Source of the DNA: an uncultured Schwartzia sp.
Lineage (GTDB): Bacteria > Bacillota > Negativicutes > Selenomonadales > Selenomonadaceae
NCBI GenBank assembly: GCA_905372875.1
Contig: CAJPQU010000001.1
Coordinates: forward strand, 1-41,686
Length of the DNA: 41,686 bases
Direction of reading: 5' to 3'
In this document: positions 9,214 to 16,043 of the stretch, in pieces
Layout: the number at the start of each line of letters is the position of its first letter
How positions within the stretch are numbered: position 1 is the first letter of the stretch
Position numbers and translations under genes: made by a program
The notes under the pieces: generated by a model
Told to the model about the DNA's origin: nothing
Seen by the model: the letters and a program-made list of their open reading frames with translations, nothing else
Databases searched by the model: none

Positions 9214-10649
9214 GCCGCTCCCTGCTGCTGTTCCTCCTGGGGCAGGTGACGCTGCTCTCGGGAGCGGCCATGCTGGTACCGTTTTTTTATTCGCTGAGCC
9301 GAATGACGGCGGAGGTACCAGCTTTTTTGGCGTCCCTTCTCCTCGTCATGACAGTGGGCGAAATCATTGTCCGCCTGGGAAAAAACCATCCGCCCCGGAT
9401 GGAGCTGATGGACGCGGCGGCCCTCTTGGTCTGCGTCTGGCCACTGGCCGCAGCGGCCGGGGCCGTTCCCTTCGTCCTCTCCGGAGTCTTAGGCCCGGTG
9501 GACGCCCTCTTTGAAAGCGTGTCTTGTATCACCTCCACCGGCATTTCCTTCCTCGGCCCCACCGCGCCCTACTCCTTGCAGCTCTGGCGCAGCATCATCG
9601 CCTGGATGGGCAGCCTCTCCTTCGTCGTTATGCTGGTGACAGTCATGCCCGCCGTCTGCGGCTCCTTCGGGCTGGTCTTAACCTATGAATACAGCCTGTC
9701 CTTCAGCCCTCTCTTGGTGCGGATGAAGCGTTCCGCTTGGCAGGCGTTGCGGATCTATGCAGGGTTGACTGCCATCTCCCTCCTCCTCTTTTATTTAGCA
9801 GGCTTGGGGCCCCTCGATTCCCTCTCCATGGCCATGATGTCCCTCTCCACCGGCGGGGGCGCTGACCTTCCGGTCTTCATGCTTCAGAACAACCCTTGGC
9901 TGGAAATGGCCGCCATCCTCTCCATGCTGCTGGCCTGCGGGAATTTCCTTCTCTACCGGCAGGCAGTACGGCGGCGGGATTTTCGCCTCATCTGGCAGGA
10001 TACGGAACTGCGGCTCTTTTTCCTGCTGCTCCTCCTCTTCAGCTTGGCCGTCAGCGCCCATCTTTGGTACGCTGGGGTCTACGACCTCGCCGACAGTCTG
10101 CGCTACGGCTTTTTTGAGGTGATCTCTTTTTCCAGCACCAGCGGTTTCATGGCCGCGCCGGTGGCGGCATGGCCGGATTTAGATCGCTTCCTGCTGCTCC
10201 TCCTGGTTTTCATCGGCGGCTGTATCGGCTCTTTGACGGGAGGGCTGAAAATCAAACGCTTGGTCATCCTCTTCCGCATGACGCTCAGCGAAATGAAGCG
10301 TACCCTGCACCCCCACATGGTGGAGCGGATCCGCGTGGGGAAAGAAACCGTATCCATGCGGATCGTGGGCAATATCCTCTGCTACTTCTTCCTGCAATTA
10401 GCCGTTTTCTACGTGTTCACGGCGCTGCTTTCCCTCTCGGACATCACCCTGCCGGAAGCGGTGGGTCTGGGGGTGGGGATGCTGTCCAGCGTCGGCACCG
10501 CGTCCGGCCTCTACGGCTTCGATACTTACGCGAATTTAGCGCCGGGCTTTAAGCTCCTCTGCTGCTTCTTCATGCTGGCAGGACGCATGGAAATCTTCGC
10601 GCTGCTCCTCTGGCTGGGGGGACGGGCGGCGGCAGAACATCGTTGGTGA
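9210..10649 (+). CDS. trkH: TrkH-family potassium transporter membrane subunit (copy 1)
   Basis: 479-aa polytopic membrane protein with repeated selectivity-filter-like SSTGF/STGG segments. Its ATG overlaps the trkA stop (ATGA). Confidence 0.9.
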   Translation: MSRSLLLFLLGQVTLLSGAAMLVPFFYSLSRMTAEVPAFLASLLLVMTVGEIIVRLGKNHPPRMELMDAAALLVCVWPLAAAAGAVPFVLSGVLGPVDALFESVSCITSTGISFLGPTAPYSLQLWRSIIAWMGSLSFVVMLVTVMPAVCGSFGLVLTYEYSLSFSPLLVRMKRSAWQALRIYAGLTAISLLLFYLAGLGPLDSLSMAMMSLSTGGGADLPVFMLQNNPWLEMAAILSMLLACGNFLLYRQAVRRRDFRLIWQDTELRLFFLLLLLFSLAVSAHLWYAGVYDLADSLRYGFFEVISFSSTSGFMAAPVAAWPDLDRFLLLLLVFIGGCIGSLTGGLKIKRLVILFRMTLSEMKRTLHPHMVERIRVGKETVSMRIVGNILCYFFLQLAVFYVFTALLSLSDITLPEAVGLGVGMLSSVGTASGLYGFDTYANLAPGFKLLCCFFMLAGRMEIFALLLWLGGRAAAEHRW

Positions 10650-10662
10650 GGGGGAACGTGTC

Positions 10663-12123
10663 TTGAATCTGTTTATCATCGCGGACATCTTGGGAAACCT
10701 CGCCTACTCCGTCGCCGCCGTCCTCTCTCTCCCCCTCGTCTACGCCGCCCTTCAGGGGGAAGCGGACGCCGCCATGGCTTTCTTCTTCGCCGTCATGGTG
10801 AGCCTCGTCGTGGGGGGCGCTCTCAAGCAGCGCGGCGAAATGGTCACGGAGGATGAAATCGCCGTCCGAGAAGGCGTCGCCATCACTGGCGTGGGCTGGT
10901 TCATGGTCTCCCTGCTCTCCCTCCTGCCCTATCTCTTGGGGGGCTTTCTCTCTCCCTTAGACAGCCTCGCCGAATCCATCTCCGGTCTCTCCGGAACTGG
11001 AGCTACCTTCATCCCCGACTTGGACGTCCTGCCCCGAAGCCTCCTCCTCTGGCGCAGCCTGACGAATTGGATCGGGGGCATCGGGATCATCGTCATTTTC
11101 ATGGCGCTGCTCCCGCAGTTTGGCCGGGGGGCCATGTTCCTCCTGCGGGCCGAGGCCACGGGTCCCATGGTGGAGCGCCAACGCCCCCGCATTCGGGACA
11201 ACGCCATCGCTCTCTTTAGCGTCTACATCGGCTACACGCTCTTAGCCATGGGGGGCTATCTCGTCCTCGGCATGAGCGCCTACGATGCACTGAATCACGC
11301 CTTCACCACCATCGCCACCGGAGGCTTTTCCACCTACAACGACAGCTTCCTCCACTTCAACAGCCCGGCCATCGAAGCCTGGGCCGTCCTCTGGATGCTC
11401 ATCTCCAGCGGCAGCTTCGGCATGTACGTCTTAGCCCTCCACACCAGCTGGCGGGTCGTCCTGAGAAACACGGAATTTCGCGCCTTCCTCCTCCTCTTTG
11501 TCGTCGCCACCCTCCTCATCGCCTTAGACCTCATGACGGAAATGGGCTTCGGCCTCGGCACGGCCTTTCGCCACGCTGTATTTCAAACCGCCTCCTTGGG
11601 CTCCACCACCGGCTTTGTTTCCTACGACTTCGACACCTGGCCTTCCTTCTCGAAGGCCGTCCTCCTCCTTCTCATGTTCGTAGGAGGCTGCGCCGGCTCC
11701 ACCTCCGGCGGCTTCAAAATTCTGCGCTTCGTGGTCATGCTGCGCCTCATCAAGGCCCTCGTCTGGCAAAAACTCCACCCGAAACTGGTGGCCTACGTCA
11801 CCATGAACGGCGTCCACCTGCCGAATCAAATCCTCTTCAACATCGCCCGTCACTTCTTCGTCTACGTCATGATGAATGTCCTCTTCGCCTTCTTCCTCAT
11901 CTTTGACGGCATTCGCATGATCGACGCCGTAAGCGTCAGCATCTCCACCATGGGCAGCGTCGGGCCGGGCTTTGGCATCGCCGGAGCCACCAGCACCTAC
12001 GCCATCCTCCCCCCTTTCTCCAAAGCCGTGGCCTGTGTCTCCATGTTCTTCGGCCGCTTGGAAATCTTCACCGTCCTGGCCATTTTGACCCCGGAATTCT
12101 GGCACAAGGGAAAGAGCTGGTAA
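10663..12123 (+). CDS. trkH: TrkH-family potassium transporter membrane subunit (copy 2)
   Basis: 486 aa. TTG start after GAGGGGGAA. Same architecture as copy 1 (TIATGGFS, GSTTGF, GGCAGSTSGG). Confidence 0.9.
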   Translation: MNLFIIADILGNLAYSVAAVLSLPLVYAALQGEADAAMAFFFAVMVSLVVGGALKQRGEMVTEDEIAVREGVAITGVGWFMVSLLSLLPYLLGGFLSPLDSLAESISGLSGTGATFIPDLDVLPRSLLLWRSLTNWIGGIGIIVIFMALLPQFGRGAMFLLRAEATGPMVERQRPRIRDNAIALFSVYIGYTLLAMGGYLVLGMSAYDALNHAFTTIATGGFSTYNDSFLHFNSPAIEAWAVLWMLISSGSFGMYVLALHTSWRVVLRNTEFRAFLLLFVVATLLIALDLMTEMGFGLGTAFRHAVFQTASLGSTTGFVSYDFDTWPSFSKAVLLLLMFVGGCAGSTSGGFKILRFVVMLRLIKALVWQKLHPKLVAYVTMNGVHLPNQILFNIARHFFVYVMMNVLFAFFLIFDGIRMIDAVSVSISTMGSVGPGFGIAGATSTYAILPPFSKAVACVSMFFGRLEIFTVLAILTPEFWHKGKSW

Positions 12124-12266
12124 CATCTCGGCTCTATATGACTTCGATCATACGGAACATATCATTCCGATGGCCTTGCCATTGAAAACGGCATAACGAA
12201 GGAAGCGCTGAGAAAACGAAGTCCGTCACTTGGCACAGAAAGGACGGAAAAGATGCGCCAAGATGG

Positions 12267-12293
12267 GGCGCTGCATGTATCAGCGCCTTTTTT
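12267..12293 (+). terminator. Rho-independent terminator of the trk operon
   Basis: GGCGCTG / CAGCGCC stem followed by TTTTTT. It overlaps the last codons of the minus-strand ORF that ends at 12280. Confidence 0.7.
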
Positions 12294-12921
12294 CCATACG
12301 CAAAGCGGCCTCGATGGCGTCGAGTTGGCCGCTTTTTTTATTTGCCGCGTCGGAGAGCGGCGCGAAGATGGACGGCTGCCCAAGGCGCTCTTGGAACCAA
12401 GCAGCGATTGCCTCTCCCCGCCCTTCATGGAGAACGACATTGAGGGCGGCGCGGCCCGCTTTCCTTATGCTTTCCACCGTGGTGCCCGGTACGCCGAAAG
12501 TGAGGTGTACTTCGATGCCCCGCCGAAAGAGCTGCCGCTTGATCTCCGCCAGATTCTCCGCCGCATGTTCCTCCAGGGGAGAAAAGCCGATGAGGTTCAC
12601 TGTCTCCGGCGTCGGCGGGCACGGCCCCGGGGGCAGCGCTTCCAGCACCGCCAAAAACGCTTTCCCGTAGCCATCGTCAAATTCCCCGGTGAAGCCTCCC
12701 GCCTCGGCCACCGCCACGGGGACTCCCGGAGCGAAGGCAGTGCAGATGCCACGGACATCGTCGCCGATGAGCGCCGGGGCGCAGTTCACCGCCACCCCCA
12801 ACAGGGCGTCGCCCCTTCCCACCCGAGCCTCGAGGAGAGTCTGCCGCAGCGCTTCCTCACCGCCGAAGAAGAGATCGTTCTCCTCGACGAAGGTGCTGAA
12901 CAGCCACTCGCAGGGGATGCC
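12280..12921 (-). pseudogene. Nitrogenase component-1-type oxidoreductase (NifD/K/E/N-like) fragment
   Basis: FGGEEAL, VNCAPALIGDDV and VNLIGF motifs in the family order. The usual N-terminal region and C-terminal domain are missing. There is no in-frame ATG after the junction, and the upstream part of the ORF overlaps a better-supported frame. Confidence 0.55.
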
Positions 12922-12929
12922 CCACGCTT

Positions 12930-13214
12930 CCAGCCGCACCAGAGCTTGGAAAAGAGCAGGCACAAAACGGCAAAGACGAGGAACCACATCAGATTTCGCA
13001 GTCCGTTGTAAGTAAAAAGCTGATCGTAGGCCGCGAGACCGAAGATCCCCACCCGCTGAAAGAGCATCAAGAAGCAATACCCGCCGCAGCCATTGATATA
13101 AGGACAGCTAAAGCAGGGCAGGGCAAAGCCCAAATGGATCCCCACACGGCCGCCGTACGTCAGGAGGAGGAAACTCGCGGCCTGCGTCAGCTCCCGCCAG
13201 CGAAAAACCGTCAT
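12930..13214 (-). pseudogene. N-terminal fragment of a polytopic CXXC / 4Fe-4S-binding-type membrane protein
   Basis: Hydrophobic helices, CFSCPY..GCGGYC, ending at LWCGW exactly where the family motif CGWxCP would continue. After that the frame decays into Arg/Ser-rich sequence. Confidence 0.5.
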
Positions 13215-14089
13215 GCCCCTCGCCTCCTTTTCCGCCGCCGAATGAGAATGAACGCGCCCGTGACGCCCCCCGCCGCCAAAAGCACGGCGACGCCGTGAAG
13301 GACGTCAAGGTAGAAGCGGCGGTCATGGAAGACGCTGATCTGCGTGAAGAGATGAAGCGGCTCGCCGCCTTCCTCCAAAAGCGCGGCGAAAAACACCTCG
13401 TCCCGGCTCCCGCGCCCCGGCACCTTGAGCCGGGGAAGAGGCGTTACCTCGTAGGTGAACCTGTCCTGTACCGTCAGCGTCTCCAAAAGACAGCGGTCTT
13501 TATCATACACGGCCACCGCCGCCGAACGGCCCTCTCCCTGCTGGAGAATGAACGACATCGGACTTCCGGTGCGAAAATTGTAGCCTTCCTCCGTTTCCGC
13601 TTCCAGGTATGGCGTATCCGCCGGCATCGCCGCATCTTCCGGCCAATCGGCGGGATCGCGCCCCCGGGCGTAGACCGGGCGCAGCGCCTGCACTACATAA
13701 AGCTGCCCGCGATAGCGCAGCTTGGCGATGATGTTGCACGAAGCCCTTCGGGGAAGGACGAGGCGAAAAGCGGCGTTCTCCTCCTCTTCCCGCACCGTCA
13801 AGGGCAGCACATGGGTTTCCTCCTCGGCGCGGCACCGGCAGACGGCGGCTAACACGTCAATCTCCTCCTTTGGGACAGGACGGTCCCCGTCCCAAAGGAA
13901 AAAGTCCGCCGTCGCCGATCCGTCCCATTGATCGACGGGATCCGACAGCGAAAAATGCAAAAACGGGGCTCCCGCCGCCTCCGGCGGCGAAAGCGGCAGC
14001 GCCTCCGCTGCCGCCCGCCCCGCCGTCAACCAAAGGAGGACGCCGAAGAGCAGCCCTGTCGCTTTATACACCGAAAAAAAGCCTGCCAT
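13211..14089 (-). CDS. Secreted protein with a C-terminal membrane anchor, possibly a degenerate DUF4198-like fold
   Basis: Start at M18 (MAGFFSVYK...) after GGAGG. Signal-like N-terminus and a C-terminal helix followed by RRRKRRRGA. Its stop overlaps the next ATG (ATGA). Confidence 0.7.
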   Translation of the reverse strand: MAGFFSVYKATGLLFGVLLWLTAGRAAAEALPLSPPEAAGAPFLHFSLSDPVDQWDGSATADFFLWDGDRPVPKEEIDVLAAVCRCRAEEETHVLPLTVREEEENAAFRLVLPRRASCNIIAKLRYRGQLYVVQALRPVYARGRDPADWPEDAAMPADTPYLEAETEEGYNFRTGSPMSFILQQGEGRSAAVAVYDKDRCLLETLTVQDRFTYEVTPLPRLKVPGRGSRDEVFFAALLEEGGEPLHLFTQISVFHDRRFYLDVLHGVAVLLAAGGVTGAFILIRRRKRRRGA

Positions 14090-14164
14090 GAAACCGCCTC
14101 CGTCAGGGTCCGCCGCGCTTTGGTGGAGATGCCCCCTCAAGCGGGATATGCCGTCTCGCTTTTG

Positions 14165-15001
14165 TCAGGGAATGAGAAACGTCAGCGACGCGTAATAATT
14201 CTCCGTCATGACCCGCCCCGCTAAATCGCCCCGGGGCTCCATGGTCAGGCCGGCCTTGATGACCCACGGCCCCCAGTGGGTGATGCGGATGTGTGCCACG
14301 CCGTTTCTGTCGGTCATGGTGGCGCAAGACGATTCGTCGGTCTGGGAAAATCCTTCGTACTTCGCGGAGAGCTTGACATGCGCCGCCGGCTCGCCTTCAA
14401 AAAGCACCCGCACGGGCAGATCACCACCGGTATTGTTCCCTAATTGGTAGGGATTGACGAGAGGGACGATCTCTAACGTCTGCCCCAACAGCCGGTCAAA
14501 CACCCCCGCCGTCCGATCCCCCACGCAAAAGAGCGTCTTAGCGAACTGCTGGGAATAGGTGCTGGACAAGACATCGGAAAGGCCTGTCATATCCTGCTTG
14601 ACGCTCTGGGTCTGCCCCTCCGCGTCGCGATACTTCGTGTTATAGGAAGCATGGCGCGTCACGCCGATGAGATAGAAGCCTTCCTCCGCGAGCTTTAGCT
14701 CGCTGGCCGCAAATCCCGTCGTCTCTAACTTGACCGTCTTCTCTTCCCCGCCGGGCGTCGTGAGCCAGATACGGTTGAAATCCTCTTCGGAAACGTAGCC
14801 GTCCACCGGGAAATGATGCCCCCAGCCCAGGTACAGCTTCGTCTTGGCCAGCGCCTTCTCTGCATCAAACGCGGGATGATAATCCGTCATGTTGATCCAG
14901 AGGGCGTGGGCGTCCGCCGTCCCCGGATAGAGCAGCGCCCCCAAGGAAAGCACCGCCGCCGCCAAGGACCCAAAAGCGCGGGAAAATAAATGTTTCGTCA
15001 T
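14165..15001 (-). CDS. DUF4198 (CbiK/NikK-like) periplasmic metal-binding protein
   Basis: Start at M36 (MTKHLFS...) after AAGGAG. Signal peptide, then the mature N-terminus AHALWI typical of DUF4198. LEIVPLVNPY and the C-terminal beta-rich region are also present. Confidence 0.85.
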   Translation of the reverse strand: MTKHLFSRAFGSLAAAVLSLGALLYPGTADAHALWINMTDYHPAFDAEKALAKTKLYLGWGHHFPVDGYVSEEDFNRIWLTTPGGEEKTVKLETTGFAASELKLAEEGFYLIGVTRHASYNTKYRDAEGQTQSVKQDMTGLSDVLSSTYSQQFAKTLFCVGDRTAGVFDRLLGQTLEIVPLVNPYQLGNNTGGDLPVRVLFEGEPAAHVKLSAKYEGFSQTDESSCATMTDRNGVAHIRITHWGPWVIKAGLTMEPRGDLAGRVMTENYYASLTFLIP

Positions 15002-15222
15002 GATGTGATACTCCTTTCTTGTCGCAACCTTTAAAATGTATACTCCACGCCGACGAGGAAACTCCTCTCTCCCCCTTGTTTCATTGTGCTGTAATGAAAT
15101 TTTCACGGAAAATTCATTTGTATTAACCCTACCATACGTCCTACAACACCGTCAAGCACGCCTTTAGCCCTGTCTTTTGCGTATATATTTAGAATGATTC
15201 TCGTATCATTTCACTTTAATTC

Positions 15223-15251
15223 TTGACAAATACCCTCATAGGGTATATGAT
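15223..15251 (+). promoter_or_regulatory. cop operon promoter with an embedded CsoR-type operator
   Basis: TTGACA (15223-15228), 17 nt, TATGAT (15246-15251). The spacer holds the perfect inverted repeat ATACCCT-CAT-AGGGTAT (15230-15246), resembling known TACCC...GGGTA CsoR operators. Confidence 0.7.
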
Positions 15252-15302
15252 GAAGAAGTCAAGAACAGGGAGAACGCATCTCCCGGGAGCAGGGGAAAGA
15301 AC

Positions 15303-15617
15303 ATGGATGAGCAAAGAGCCGGCGGCTGTGGGTGCTGCCATAAGACGAAGACGCGTTCGGAAGCGGAGTATAAGCGCCTCATTCACCGACTGAACCGCAT
15401 CGAAGGGCAGATCCGCGGCATTCGCAAGATGGTGGAAAAGAGTGCCTACTGCCCGGATATTTTAGTGCAGTCAGCGGCGGCCACCGCGGCCATTCAAGCC
15501 TTTAACCGTGAGCTTTTAAACAGCCACATCCGAAGCTGCGTGGCGACGGATCTCCGCGCCGGGAAAGACGAAACGGTGGACGAATTGGTGGGACTTCTCC
15601 AAAAGCTGATGAAGTGA
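15303..15617 (+). CDS. csoR: CsoR-family copper-sensing transcriptional repressor
   Basis: 104 aa. LNRIEGQIRGI helix and the conserved CPDIL ... H..C ligand pattern. Confidence 0.9.
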   Translation: MDEQRAGGCGCCHKTKTRSEAEYKRLIHRLNRIEGQIRGIRKMVEKSAYCPDILVQSAAATAAIQAFNRELLNSHIRSCVATDLRAGKDETVDELVGLLQKLMK

Positions 15618-15655
15618 AGGGTGCGGAAAATCATGAATACACGGAGGTATGTAAT

Positions 15656-16021
15656 GTGCCAAATTTAGTTGGCGTTGTGCTTTCGACGGCGATTGCCGCC
15701 CTGGGATTACGAGCAGCGGCACGCCACCTGCGGCGGGAAAACGCCTGCTGCGACGAAGAAGAAATATTCCCCCCGCCCAAGGCGCTGACGGCAGCCATCA
15801 TCGGCTCCAAGGTCGTCCATCTCCGGGGGATGCACTGCGAAAACTGCCAGCGTCGGGTAGAGGCGCTGTTAGAAACCATTGAGGGCGTTTCCGTCCGGGC
15901 CGACCTTGCCGGGCAGCAGGCCATCTTGTCCATGAGCCGTACGATAACGGACGAAGAAATTTTCGCTGCCCTCGCAGGCAGCGGCTACCAAGTAACGAAA
16001 ATTAAGAAGTTGGTGACGTAA
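15656..16021 (+). CDS. Membrane-anchored heavy-metal-associated (HMA) domain protein (CopZ-like)
   Basis: GTG 15656 lies 9 nt after GGAGG; the ORF is open from 15614. N-terminal hydrophobic helix, a CC pair, then an HMA fold with GMHCENC. Confidence 0.8.
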   Translation: MPNLVGVVLSTAIAALGLRAAARHLRRENACCDEEEIFPPPKALTAAIIGSKVVHLRGMHCENCQRRVEALLETIEGVSVRADLAGQQAILSMSRTITDEEIFAALAGSGYQVTKIKKLVT

Positions 16022-16043
16022 TCACCAAGCGAAGGAGTCAATC

